DNA from: a virus
Taxonomy: Duplodnaviria > Caudoviricetes
DNA length: 36,717 nt
IMG/VR virus record: IMGVR_UViG_3300037264_000725
Coordinates: 1-36,717 of that record
Strand: one strand, 5' to 3'
This document shows, piece by piece, positions 9,962 through 19,438 of the stretch. Positions within the stretch are counted from its first letter, which is position 1, and every line of letters begins with the position of its first letter. The translations under genes were made by a program, and so were the position numbers. Below the pieces are notes generated by a model. It ran no database searches and was not told the origin of the DNA. It was given only the letters and a program-made list of their open reading frames with translations.

Positions 9962-12292
9962 CTACGCTGCTGCCGACTGCGGCACCGTGACGAGGTGGAC
10001 GGTTGACTTCACGAAATTGACGGGCAGGACCGGGGAGATTTCCACCGACACCTCCAGCACGTCCAGGATCAACTCGATGTCGAGCGACCGATACGTGGTG
10101 ATGGCCACGTTCACCAGCAGGCCCAGTGACTGGATCGCCAGCCCCCTGGCCGCGTTGGGCGTCCCGGCAAACCCCGTCCGGCCCACCATGCTCTCCATGG
10201 TCGTGCGGAAGTTGAACACCGCGAAGTTGACCGCCTGGTTCACGCTGCCCTCGGTGAAGGCCAGGTTGCTGCTGGTCAGGTGGGTGGTGATGTTGCGCAC
10301 GACCCTGCGGCCGACGCCGTCCACGACCTCCATGAAGCACAGCCCGGCCTGGATCATCTCCTCGGCGTCGTCCGCCGGGTTCCAGGTGCTGCTGTTGCGC
10401 AGCTTGAGCACGTTCATGAACTTATGGGTCAGGCTGGCCCCCACCACGGATGCGGCCTGCGCGCCCGCGATGATGCAGGCCGTGAAGGGGGGTAGGAACT
10501 CGCGACGCTCGCCCTGCGAGTCGAACCGCTCCATCGCCTGGCCCACCAGGCGGATGTGCCGGGTGTTCAGATCCACCGCCTGCGCCTTGTACTCGGTCTT
10601 GCTCGGCACGTTCGTCAGGGCGCCGTTCTCGGCCCCCAGCACGGCGTCGCGCTCGGAACGGCCCACGCCGCCCATGTACTCGCAATGGGCCTTCACCGCC
10701 GCATGCACGGCCGGGTCGCCCGTGAGCGCCACCAGCGTGTTCACGCGCACCTTGGTCAGCAGGTCGATGGCCCCCTGCCAGTCGCTGAAGGTGGCCGTGG
10801 GCACGCCTTCCTGGCCCGGGACCGCGCTGCCCTCATGCCCCCCGGCCAGGAACACCGCCGCGGCCGTGTTGCTGGGCGCACCCGTGCCCGGGCTGCCCTT
10901 GCTCGCCACCACCAGCTGGGATTCGCTGTTCAGCTTGGCGATGATGGCCGCCAGGTTGGCCCGGGCCGTGATCAACGCCGGGGACAGGATGCTGGCCACC
11001 GCCAGGACATCCAGGTCGGTCGACAGGAAGGTCTTGGGATTCGTGATCTGGACTGCCAGCGTGTAGCCGGGCGTCCCGTTGAACTTGTCGGCCAGCTTCT
11101 GGATGGTCGGCAGGCCCGCGAACACCGCGTCCACCGAAGTACCCGAGACGGTCAGGGTACGGGCGGCTTCCAGTTCGCCCAGCGCCAGGCCGTCGATCCT
11201 GTTCCACAGCGCCACACCCGGCACCGGGGTAGCACCCGTCAGCGTGAACACCTCGGTCTGGAACGTCCCCGTGCTGGACAGGCCCCAGATGGTGACTTTC
11301 TTGGTGGTCGCCGCATCGGCCACCACGGTCACGATTACCCCGGCCACCGCATGGTCAACCACCTTCTTGACGGCCTTGAACGTGCCCGCGGGGGCGATGG
11401 TGGCGATGGTGGTGCCGCCGCCGTCGTTGCGCACGGTCAGGGTACCGACCAGGGTACCGGACACGACCTCGACGCCGTGGAAGCTGTTCCACACCGCCAC
11501 GGTATCCACCGGGGTGGTGCCGTTCAGGGTCACGACCTCGGACTGGGTCGTGTTGGTGCCGCTGGTCCCGTAGATGCGGATCTTGACGCCCACGTCAGCC
11601 ACGCTGCTGGACACGTTCTCGATCACCTGGCCCGCGGTCACCTGGTTCGGGACATCGCTGTCCAGGCCCAGGTTGGTCCGGGTGAACAGCGTCTTGACCC
11701 GGCTGGCCGTGATCTGGCCGGTGATGGTCGTGAAGCCGTTGGCGGGAGTCGACGCCAGGTAGATCAGGGTGAAGATCGAATCGCCCCCCACGTCGTCGAA
11801 CGTCTCGGTCGTGTCCTCGAACACGATGGTGATCAGCTTGCCCTTGGTCGTGCCGGTCGCGATCTGGACGTTGATCTGGGTGGTGAAGAAGCCCCAGTCG
11901 GCCGAATTGAGCACCAGCGCCGCACCATCGACGTTGTCGAACGTGGCTGCCGACTTGGCGGCCGGGTTCACCTTGACGTTCACGACCTCTTGCGCGCCAC
12001 CCTGGACATCAGCGTCGACCGCGGGGCCGAACAGGAATGCCTGCGACTCCAGCAGATCACCGGACCGGAAAAAGCCCTTGCCCGAACTCGGGCGCGTCGA
12101 CACCTGCATATTGCCCTTGGTGTCCGACACGTCGACCGCGTTCCAGGGCTTGCCGCCGATGGACATGCCCAGCGCGGCCACGATGCCGCTGGCTCCCAGG
12201 CCCAGCGATTCCAGCCCCGACGCATCGACCTGGGAGTACGAACCCGGGACCGAGATCAAGCGGCCGTTGAAAAATATCGTGGATGCGGGCAT
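9962..12292 (-). CDS. Contractile tail sheath protein, 776 aa
   Basis: N-terminal FNGRLISVPGSYSQVD. C-terminal sheath domain AAVKAHCEYM...ERDAVLG...SLTHK...RVVRNITT...ISPVLPVNFV. Confidence 0.92.
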   Translation of the reverse strand: MPASTIFFNGRLISVPGSYSQVDASGLESLGLGASGIVAALGMSIGGKPWNAVDVSDTKGNMQVSTRPSSGKGFFRSGDLLESQAFLFGPAVDADVQGGAQEVVNVKVNPAAKSAATFDNVDGAALVLNSADWGFFTTQINVQIATGTTKGKLITIVFEDTTETFDDVGGDSIFTLIYLASTPANGFTTITGQITASRVKTLFTRTNLGLDSDVPNQVTAGQVIENVSSSVADVGVKIRIYGTSGTNTTQSEVVTLNGTTPVDTVAVWNSFHGVEVVSGTLVGTLTVRNDGGGTTIATIAPAGTFKAVKKVVDHAVAGVIVTVVADAATTKKVTIWGLSSTGTFQTEVFTLTGATPVPGVALWNRIDGLALGELEAARTLTVSGTSVDAVFAGLPTIQKLADKFNGTPGYTLAVQITNPKTFLSTDLDVLAVASILSPALITARANLAAIIAKLNSESQLVVASKGSPGTGAPSNTAAAVFLAGGHEGSAVPGQEGVPTATFSDWQGAIDLLTKVRVNTLVALTGDPAVHAAVKAHCEYMGGVGRSERDAVLGAENGALTNVPSKTEYKAQAVDLNTRHIRLVGQAMERFDSQGERREFLPPFTACIIAGAQAASVVGASLTHKFMNVLKLRNSSTWNPADDAEEMIQAGLCFMEVVDGVGRRVVRNITTHLTSSNLAFTEGSVNQAVNFAVFNFRTTMESMVGRTGFAGTPNAARGLAIQSLGLLVNVAITTYRSLDIELILDVLEVSVEISPVLPVNFVKSTVHLVTVPQSAAA

Positions 12293-12300
12293 GGGCTCTC

Positions 12301-12636
12301 CTATCCAACGAGGCGGCTATGGAAGTCGCCCCACAGTTTGTCCCACTCGGGACGTGTCCGGTTGCCGGGAAACTTGGTGGCCATCTCGTACAGGAAGCCC
12401 GCGCTGCGCAGCGGCCGGTGCCCGCGCACCTGGGCGTACTGCTTGGCCGATAGGCGGATGTCGGCTTCCGTGGCCGCAGGTTCGTCCAGGATGATTTCCA
12501 CGAAATTCGTGCTGGATGAAGCCGAGGGTACTGGCACCACAATCTCTGGGGCAGGCGTCAGCGTCACCTCGTCCAGCATGCCTGGCTGTGCTGAATCGCC
12601 GCTGTCCCGCTTGTTGCGCGCCATCTGGTTCCGCAT
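12301..12636 (-). CDS. Small hypothetical protein upstream of the sheath
   Basis: Fills the gap between genes. Start may be 12624 (MARNKRD). Confidence 0.65.
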   Translation of the reverse strand: MRNQMARNKRDSGDSAQPGMLDEVTLTPAPEIVVPVPSASSSTNFVEIILDEPAATEADIRLSAKQYAQVRGHRPLRSAGFLYEMATKFPGNRTRPEWDKLWGDFHSRLVG

Positions 12637-12639
12637 TCT

Positions 12640-13356
12640 CTACCGAGGTACTGGCTTCACGCCAGCTTTTACGCTTCCCGCGCCCACGGTAAAGCCCTCG
12701 TCATCGTCAATGTGGATCCCTGATACCTTATTTCCACCCCCACCCGCAATTTCTGTCGTCCAGGTTTCGTCTGTCTGGATGGACAGCGTGAGCGACCGGG
12801 CGAACACGTCACTGGGCAGGTAGCGCGGGTCGGGCGCCAGGTCAGCCCCCGACAGGTCGGGATCGTCCAGGTGGTGCTCTTTCAGCACGTCGTAGGCCGA
12901 CAGGACGATGAACTTCAGCAGGTGGTAGTACCAGAGGGTCACGTCCGCGTTGTCCGTGATCACCAGGAAGTTGTAGGTGTACTCCACACGCCGGTACTTG
13001 GCGTCCACCACCTTGCCGGTTTCCTCGTCGAAGAAAGGCTCCCCATCCTCGTCCAGGGCCGCACCGTCCTGGTCCAGGTAGTCCTGGGATCGCCGCTCGG
13101 CCGCCAGGGTAAGCGCCCAGCAGGGGAATGGGCCACCCTGCCTGGCGTACCCGTGGATGGGGGTTGGTGGGCGTGCCTCCACGGTGTTGCCCGCCGCGTC
13201 CACTCCCCCGGCAAAGTACAGCCGCCCCTTGGCCGCCTCCTCGGGCTCCAGTTCGATTTCCTGCCGCAGGAACCGCTCGAACCGGATCGGCTTGTCGATG
13301 AACCGCTGCAGGCCGTCCTTCACGACCTTGAAGATGATGCGCTCGGCCATGCTCAT
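12640..13356 (-). CDS. Tail completion/terminator-like protein (about 238 aa, MSMAERIIF...)
   Basis: Last of the neck genes before the sheath. Start reassigned to 13356 because the longer track ORF overlaps the upstream gene. Confidence 0.55.
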   Translation of the reverse strand: MSMAERIIFKVVKDGLQRFIDKPIRFERFLRQEIELEPEEAAKGRLYFAGGVDAAGNTVEARPPTPIHGYARQGGPFPCWALTLAAERRSQDYLDQDGAALDEDGEPFFDEETGKVVDAKYRRVEYTYNFLVITDNADVTLWYYHLLKFIVLSAYDVLKEHHLDDPDLSGADLAPDPRYLPSDVFARSLTLSIQTDETWTTEIAGGGGNKVSGIHIDDDEGFTVGAGSVKAGVKPVPR

Positions 13357-13360
13357 GGCG

Positions 13361-14143
13361 TCACACTTTACCGAAAGCGGCCCGGAGCGCGACAGTAATC
13401 GCCTGCTCGGCCGCTTCCTGGATGTGGGCTTGCACCCGCACCGCCAGGTGGCGTGCCTGGATGCCCGGGTGGATCCAGCCGGTGGTGGTCTTGGTGCTGA
13501 TGGTGCGAAACGTCGTGTACTGCGACTGCCTGGCCTTACCGCGGGCCAGCGGTCCTGCAAACGCCTCCCGGCGCATGCCAGCGAAAATGTCGGACTTGTG
13601 GTGGAGCGATAACTTCGGGATTCCCATCCCCCCCGTCTTCAGCGACTGCCCAGGCTTCAACCGCTTCGCCGCCTTGTAGATGTCCTTGCCCAGGGCAGCA
13701 GCCGCACCCACAGACATGCCTCCCAGCGCGCCCAGGCTGGACGGCCCCTGCGGACCCATCCGCATGCCCATGGCAGCGCCAACCCCCCCGGCCGTGCCCG
13801 GTGTCCCATGCCGGAACGGGATGGCCCGGTAGCGGCTTCCATCCTTGGCCGTGTGCCCCTTTCCTGGCCCCAGCAAGGTTTCGCGCATGTCGAAGCTGCC
13901 CAGGCCGTTCTCGACCGCGTTCGGCAACCAGCCCGTCAGGGCGACGATCCGCTCTTGCCCCTCCCCTGTGACCTCCTGGATGCCCTGGATGTAGTCCCGC
14001 TTGCTGGTTTGCAACTCGGTCTGCGCCAGCCGGATCCACTTGGCCCGGGCCGCCGCCCCAAGGTCGTCCAGCAGGGCTTGCTCGAACTCCGGGCCCAGCA
14101 GGGCGATCAGGGCTTCGGGGATGTCCAGCTGAACTTCCAGCAT
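13361..14143 (-). CDS. Neck-region morphogenesis protein, 260 aa
   Basis: Synteny, plus motifs YRAIPFRH and YTTFRTIS...GWIHPG that I associate with the neck cluster of SPO1/Twort-like phages. Confidence 0.6.
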   Translation of the reverse strand: MLEVQLDIPEALIALLGPEFEQALLDDLGAAARAKWIRLAQTELQTSKRDYIQGIQEVTGEGQERIVALTGWLPNAVENGLGSFDMRETLLGPGKGHTAKDGSRYRAIPFRHGTPGTAGGVGAAMGMRMGPQGPSSLGALGGMSVGAAAALGKDIYKAAKRLKPGQSLKTGGMGIPKLSLHHKSDIFAGMRREAFAGPLARGKARQSQYTTFRTISTKTTTGWIHPGIQARHLAVRVQAHIQEAAEQAITVALRAAFGKV

Positions 14144-14144
14144 G

Positions 14145-14996
14145 TCACTCTTGCTCGACCAGGAACTCCAGCTTTACCACGGCCTGGACAGGCAGCTTCG
14201 TTGCCCGCTGCCCTTCCAGGCGGGCACCGCCCTTGGTGAGCAAAGTGTCCCGGTAGGTGTTCACATGGTCAAGGACGATCCAGGGCGGGTGGATGGTGCC
14301 GTGAAACGACAGGCGAGTACCCTTGACCGGAAGGTGGCCGGGGATCCAGTCGATTTCCCCCTGCGGAGACAGCACGTAGTCGTCCTGCAGGTGGAACACC
14401 TTGTCCACACTGCGCAGTTCGTCGATGGTGACGACGGGGTACCGGAGTCCGTTTTTCTTGCGCCTGCCGGTGATTCCGATGGTGGCGCCACCGTCATACT
14501 CGATCACCTGCATCCAGATCATCTCGGCGTCAACCGGGACCAGCCGGTCCCTGTACCCCAGCTTGTTCTGGTACTGGGTACTGGCGCGCGCCGTGCCGAA
14601 CACCCACTCCCCGAACTTCTCGAACACCTCCACGTCCTGAGTCATGCTCGTCATCAGGACGTAAATCTGAATCGCCTTGCCGTCCGGGGACACCGTGATC
14701 GGGTTGTTGAAGCCGTCCTTCAGGTCGCCCGCCGCCACATGGGCGTCCGGCAGGAACGAGTAGTACCCGTCCCCGTGGCACAGCTTGCAGACAGGATCTG
14801 GCTGTTCGGTCTGGTCGTTGTTCACGCAAGGGCAGATACCCCGGCGTGACCACCAGACCTTGTACCCCTTGGTCGTGATCAGCCGGTCGAACTCCCCCGG
14901 CCTGAAGTCGGCCCGCGGCCGTTCCTTCACGTTGGCCGGAAGGCCCGTGATGATGCGTGGAGCGTCAGCCCGGGGCTCGGCCGGGAACTTCCCCAT
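14145..14996 (-). CDS. Head completion/neck protein with Cys motifs (about 283 aa, MGKFPAEPR...)
   Basis: CPC...CKLCHGDG motif. ATG at 14996 overlaps the TAA of the J-domain gene. Confidence 0.65.
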   Translation of the reverse strand: MGKFPAEPRADAPRIITGLPANVKERPRADFRPGEFDRLITTKGYKVWWSRRGICPCVNNDQTEQPDPVCKLCHGDGYYSFLPDAHVAAGDLKDGFNNPITVSPDGKAIQIYVLMTSMTQDVEVFEKFGEWVFGTARASTQYQNKLGYRDRLVPVDAEMIWMQVIEYDGGATIGITGRRKKNGLRYPVVTIDELRSVDKVFHLQDDYVLSPQGEIDWIPGHLPVKGTRLSFHGTIHPPWIVLDHVNTYRDTLLTKGGARLEGQRATKLPVQAVVKLEFLVEQE

Positions 14997-15343
14997 TACC
15001 AGGCCCCCGTGGTGGTCGACGTGGTGTAGGGCTGCCATTGCTGCCAGCCACCGCTCATGCGGACCTCGACCTGGACGACGCGAACCTGCGGCGCGCGCCG
15101 GAAGGTCAGACCCTCCAAGCACTCGTAGGCGGCGTTCAGGGCCTGCATGGCCTCCAGGCTGCCGCCCCGGTCAGGGTGCGCCGTCAGCGCCAGCCGGTTC
15201 CTGTTGGCCTTGGCCTGTTCCTTGGTGTGCTCCACCAGGGCCTGCACCTGGCTGTAGGACTGCACAGCTTGCAGGCCCGTCAGGAAGGTCTCCCAGACCC
15301 CCAGGCACTCCATGGCCGCTTTCATGCCTTGGGCGATCTGCAT
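14996..15343 (-). CDS. Small J-domain (DnaJ-like) protein, 115 aa
   Basis: RNRLALTAHPDRGGSLEAMQALNAAYECL matches the J-domain helix II-HPD-helix III signature. ATG at 15343 is 2 nt after the adaptor stop. Confidence 0.8.
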   Translation of the reverse strand: MQIAQGMKAAMECLGVWETFLTGLQAVQSYSQVQALVEHTKEQAKANRNRLALTAHPDRGGSLEAMQALNAAYECLEGLTFRRAPQVRVVQVEVRMSGGWQQWQPYTTSTTTGAW

Positions 15344-15345
15344 GG

Positions 15346-16371
15346 CTACCCAAGCGCCGCGAACCGGATGCCCTTGTAGTACCGCTGGAGCGTCGGAACC
15401 ACTTCCTTGATCTGGCGCCGGTACATCAGGATGCGCGCGCCGTAGCCCTCGTTCTCGGCGCTGCTGGTCGTGCTGATGGACTGGCTCAGGCCGTCGATGC
15501 CGATTGAACTGGACGCGATGCCCGCGCCAGCGATCAACGCGCCCGCGATGTTCAGCGGGCCCATGGCCGCGTACATGCCGATCAATTCCCGTATCTCGGC
15601 CGGTACCTGCCCCTCCGGGAACCCGGCCATGTAGTCGACCTCCAGGATGTCGGGCACAAAGTCCTGGCCGCTCGCCAGCAGGGGTAGGAACGAACCACCG
15701 GCCGTCAGCAGTACCTGGCTCAGGGTGCCGCTGGTCGGCACGATGTTGACCTGGCCCTCGTCCTTGCGCACCTGGATCCACTCGGGGGGGAAGTCGATCA
15801 CGGTGGTGTTGGACGGCCATTTCACCCGTACCGCATTGACCTGGATGATCGGAGACTGGCGCAGCCGGATGAAGGTCCAGTTGCCGTAGTCGTTCCCGTA
15901 GTAGTCGTACCGCTCGACAATCGGCGTCGGCCGGATCTTGATGTCCAGCAGCCGCTCGACGTGGCCGATGGCCTGCCGGATGTGCCACTCGAACATCAGG
16001 TCCGGGTAGGGCTCGCCTGCATCGTCGGTCAGGTCGACGCCGAACAGGTAGATGTCCTTCATTTCCTGGACGGTCAGGATGTTGTTGGTGGCCGGGTCGT
16101 CTCCCAGTTCCGGCGCCGACTGGTCACCCTCCAGGGCCGTGACGCTGTTGAAGTAGCTGGTCTTGTAGAAATAGCCGATGTCCCCGGTCACGTCGTCGTA
16201 CACGTAGGCGGGCTGGCCCTGCACCAGCGTGAGCCGGGTGGCCACCGCCGTGATTTCGGAATAGATGCCCGCGATGCCGGTGGTGCTCCGGTACACCTTG
16301 ATCCGGTCGAACTTGGTGAGGACGTTGTCCAGTTCGTCGACCTGGATCTTGAGCTTGATTATCGTCGACAT
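15346..16371 (-). CDS. Head-tail adaptor/connector protein with N-terminal beta-rich extension, 341 aa
   Basis: YLFGVDLTD...HIRQAIGHVERLLDI...VDYMAGF...VPAEIRELI...SIGIDGLSQS pattern of gp6/gp15-like adaptors. Confidence 0.7.
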   Translation of the reverse strand: MSTIIKLKIQVDELDNVLTKFDRIKVYRSTTGIAGIYSEITAVATRLTLVQGQPAYVYDDVTGDIGYFYKTSYFNSVTALEGDQSAPELGDDPATNNILTVQEMKDIYLFGVDLTDDAGEPYPDLMFEWHIRQAIGHVERLLDIKIRPTPIVERYDYYGNDYGNWTFIRLRQSPIIQVNAVRVKWPSNTTVIDFPPEWIQVRKDEGQVNIVPTSGTLSQVLLTAGGSFLPLLASGQDFVPDILEVDYMAGFPEGQVPAEIRELIGMYAAMGPLNIAGALIAGAGIASSSIGIDGLSQSISTTSSAENEGYGARILMYRRQIKEVVPTLQRYYKGIRFAALG

Positions 16372-16856
16372 CAGGTATCGCTTTCGGTCTTCTTGATGGC
16401 GGGCTTCAGCGCCACAGTCGTCCGAATTGACGGCCGCGAAGCTGCTCCACGGGAAGACTGCTCAGGCCGCAATCGCTTGGTTGTGCCCACCCGGGGTACT
16501 GGCGCGGCCTTACCCCCCTGCGTCGCCGGGCGCAAGTCCTTGGTCGATTTGAACTTGGGCTTGGGGGCGTTCTCACTGCTCTGTACCGATGGCCGCAGGT
16601 CCGTGGTCGATTTCATCCGCGGGCGCTTCGTAGTATCGGCCGACTGCATGCCGGGCCGCAAATGCTTGGTGACCACCGTGGGCAACGGTTCGACCCGGCT
16701 TGCCCGCATCTCGGGCTTGAGCCGCACCGTGGTCTGACGGGGCTTGGTGGGTAGGCCGACCGCGCCCTGCAGCGGGGGAATCGTGGCATGCCCGCCCCAG
16801 CCCTGGGTGGTGACCAGGCCGCCCTGGCTGCCCCAGCCCCAGGTCGTGATGCTCAT
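16371..16856 (-). CDS. Basic repeat-containing hypothetical protein, 161 aa
   Basis: Start and stop overlap both neighbours. Six repeats of about 20 aa containing L[RK]P. Confidence 0.7.
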   Translation of the reverse strand: MSITTWGWGSQGGLVTTQGWGGHATIPPLQGAVGLPTKPRQTTVRLKPEMRASRVEPLPTVVTKHLRPGMQSADTTKRPRMKSTTDLRPSVQSSENAPKPKFKSTKDLRPATQGGKAAPVPRVGTTKRLRPEQSSRGAASRPSIRTTVALKPAIKKTESDT

Positions 16857-17476
16857 ACACCCCGGCTCCTACGACTCGGCACCAGCGCCTGCTGGATGAT
16901 GCCCGCCCCGTTCTTGTCCTTCACGTTGAACGTCAGCAGCGGGGTCACGCTGTCGTCATCGTACAGCACCCAGTTGCTGGCCGCGCCGTCCGACAGTTCG
17001 AGACGGTTGCGTAGGATCTTCTCGATCAAGGCCGCCCTGGTGGCGGTCGTGTCAATCGCGGCTGCCCGGGCGGCCGTCAGGCGCCCCAGGAACTCCCCGG
17101 CAGATCCGGCCGCCGTGTGAGCCGCCAGCAGGGTGTCCCACACCGCATCGGCCACATCCACCGGCAGCCCTGCCCGGTTGATGGCCACCGCGATCAACGT
17201 GTCCGGCTGCCACTTCTCCATCTCCCTGGTGTAGACCACCGACTCGATGCTGTGCAGGGCGTCGGTGTAGATGATGAACAGGGCGTCGTAGTTCTTGGGC
17301 ACCACCCCGGGCGTCCAGGTGCCCGAATACCGGCCCAGCCCCACGTCCGCCAGGTCAAGCGACGTTTCCAGCGCCCCGTTGCTGAAAATGTACGCCGTGG
17401 GGAACAGGCCGGTCGCGCCGTCTTCCAGGTTCAGGGTCAGCGAAACCGAACTTCCCGGCGTGTAGAAATTCGACAC
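16853..17476 (-). CDS. Hypothetical virion-associated protein, 207 aa
   Basis: GTG start with GGAG RBS. Beta-rich N-terminus and VADAVWD motif. Confidence 0.7.
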   Translation of the reverse strand: MSNFYTPGSSVSLTLNLEDGATGLFPTAYIFSNGALETSLDLADVGLGRYSGTWTPGVVPKNYDALFIIYTDALHSIESVVYTREMEKWQPDTLIAVAINRAGLPVDVADAVWDTLLAAHTAAGSAGEFLGRLTAARAAAIDTTATRAALIEKILRNRLELSDGAASNWVLYDDDSVTPLLTFNVKDKNGAGIIQQALVPSRRSRGV

Positions 17477-17498
17477 GGCTCCACCTTACACCGGGGAC

Positions 17499-18110
17499 TT
17501 AGATCCAGGGTGTGAGAGTCATGACCGTCGCGATGATGTCATCCTTCTGCTGCGGGGTCAGCACTTGCGACGGGTAGTTGTGAACGTAGGTCGGGTGCGC
17601 CTTCTTGATCGCCCCCGCCGCCACCAACAACTGGGTCGAAGGTGCGAACGAGTAGCGGTTCAACTCGTCGTAGCCAGCCTGCACCGTGTAGACCTGGCCA
17701 GTTCCTTGCTTGAAGTCCAGTTCGACACTCTGGTCATTCAGCATCCGAACCTCGACCACCTTGACGGTTCCAAGCGCCGTCTGGAGGTTGTTCGTCTCCG
17801 ATTGAATGAAGGCATCCAAGAACTCTTTGCTGCCTGGCACAGCGTGGCCCGCAATCATGCAGGCCATGCGCGTGTGGGCAACCAGGACGTCCCGTGCGCG
17901 GAACCCGAGGTTGTTCAGATCGCTCGACGACGGCAAGCAAATCTCGCCTGGGTCTTCGCCCCGTGTCTGAAAGTTCAGCCCGCCACCCTGGCCGTTCGCT
18001 CCGATGTACCCGATTTGCAGTTGCAGATCGGCGTCGCCACCAAACCACTGTGCGCTCGTAATGAACCCCGGTCGCTTGACCGGAAACTCCCAAACCACTG
18101 GAATCGTCAT
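17499..18110 (-). CDS. Hypothetical protein, 203 aa
   Basis: ATG with AGGAG RBS, tightly packed after the 441-aa gene. Confidence 0.7.
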   Translation of the reverse strand: MTIPVVWEFPVKRPGFITSAQWFGGDADLQLQIGYIGANGQGGGLNFQTRGEDPGEICLPSSSDLNNLGFRARDVLVAHTRMACMIAGHAVPGSKEFLDAFIQSETNNLQTALGTVKVVEVRMLNDQSVELDFKQGTGQVYTVQAGYDELNRYSFAPSTQLLVAAGAIKKAHPTYVHNYPSQVLTPQQKDDIIATVMTLTPWI

Positions 18111-18112
18111 TG

Positions 18113-19438
18113 CTACGTCTCCTTGTTTGTAACCTGCTTCACCTGAACATAGTCCATGTCCATGAAGTACCCCGCTCCCGCGTTGGCATCAACGCGCATC
18201 CCAATCCCCACCGACACCGTAGGAAACGTCGTGGTCAAGGTGCCGCGAGTCGTGCCGTTGATAAAAATTTCCGCCGTGGGAACCCCGCCTGGGTAGGTGA
18301 TGCGAATCTCGATGCGATACCAGGTGTCCGCCACCACCGGGATGGTCGTGATGACTTGGCTTCGGATAGTTGCACTCGCTGTGCGCAACAAGAAGTTAGC
18401 CGACACACCAGGATTGAACTCCACGTACACGCCGTCAGCCTGCTCAGTTCCACCACCGGCCTCAAAGTCAGTTCCGAACCCAAACACAGATCGCTCGTTG
18501 TTAGCCGCCAAGAGTGCCGCTGCGTTGAAGCGAACAAGCCACTCAGTACGAATCTCACCTTGCGTCCCCGACAACAGCCAGTTGGCAAGGTTCGTTTCCC
18601 CACCCATGAAGAATGCAGACCGCCCCGCCGCCGTCGTACCCGGACTCTGCCGCAAGATGCCGGGGTGGCCAGTCTCCGCAATGATTTCCTGTGAATTGGA
18701 CGTCCCTGTAAAGCTGGACCGCCACCCATAGGATGCGGTTTCGTCCGTGTCGATGTTGCCCGAAATGAAGTGGTCGAAGACCTGCAAGTCGCGGGGGTCG
18801 AACGCCACCGCCGACAACCGGGGGTCACTGTTCGTGACGTATTTGTTGGCGGGTCCGGGAGCACCATCCGTGCCCGCCAACGCGAAGATTTGGGCCGCCG
18901 TGACTGCGTTCAGCCCATCCACGATCACGGTAATCTCGCCATCCGTCGTGCCCACCCGGCTCACCACCGCGAGGTTCTGGATCTCGCCTGTGAACGGGTC
19001 TTCGTCAGGCGGTGGCCGACTCAGCGCCCCGTTGGTGCCCAACACCAGTTGATCGGTCAGCGCGAATGCCGACGTGTCGATGCCCGTGACCGTCGAAATG
19101 ACAGCCAACTCCCCGTTGCTGTTGTTGGGGATGTCCGCCCGAACAACCCCCACCGCAGGACGTTTGGCTGGGTCGTCTTTGTCGGCCAAATCCACCAAAG
19201 AGAGCCCGGCCGCAATCGAGTAGCCAGAGACGTAGACGGCTTTCCCCTTGGTCAACGCGGCCCCGGACTCGTTCCGTACTGCCTTGGTCGCATCCCCGCC
19301 CCCGACCTGCGTGATGATGCCACCCTCGTCGATGGCGTACAGGGTGCCGCCAACGACGTAGTATTTAACCTTCCCCGCTGCCGGTGCCGCAGGCGGTGTA
19401 CTACGCTCTGGTAGCGTGACTGTCCCGTCGCCGCTCAT
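18113..19438 (-). CDS. Putative virion surface protein: capsid-cement-like middle domain plus ConA/LamG-like C-terminal domain, 441 aa
   Basis: VRNESGAALTKGKAVYVSG...PAVGVVRADI resembles cement/decoration proteins. DTWYRIEI...IFING...MDMDYVQV resembles a jelly-roll lectin fold. Confidence 0.55.
   Translation of the reverse strand: MSGDGTVTLPERSTPPAAPAAGKVKYYVVGGTLYAIDEGGIITQVGGGDATKAVRNESGAALTKGKAVYVSGYSIAAGLSLVDLADKDDPAKRPAVGVVRADIPNNSNGELAVISTVTGIDTSAFALTDQLVLGTNGALSRPPPDEDPFTGEIQNLAVVSRVGTTDGEITVIVDGLNAVTAAQIFALAGTDGAPGPANKYVTNSDPRLSAVAFDPRDLQVFDHFISGNIDTDETASYGWRSSFTGTSNSQEIIAETGHPGILRQSPGTTAAGRSAFFMGGETNLANWLLSGTQGEIRTEWLVRFNAAALLAANNERSVFGFGTDFEAGGGTEQADGVYVEFNPGVSANFLLRTASATIRSQVITTIPVVADTWYRIEIRITYPGGVPTAEIFINGTTRGTLTTTFPTVSVGIGMRVDANAGAGYFMDMDYVQVKQVTNKET

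Noticed and set aside
1-12292. Extracellular contractile injection system or tailocin
   Set aside because: Portal, protease, scaffold and capsid genes are contiguous with the tail genes, so this is a phage.
15344-15988. N-terminal 215 aa of track ORF 14996..15988
   Set aside because: It overlaps the adaptor gene out of frame. The real gene starts at 15343.
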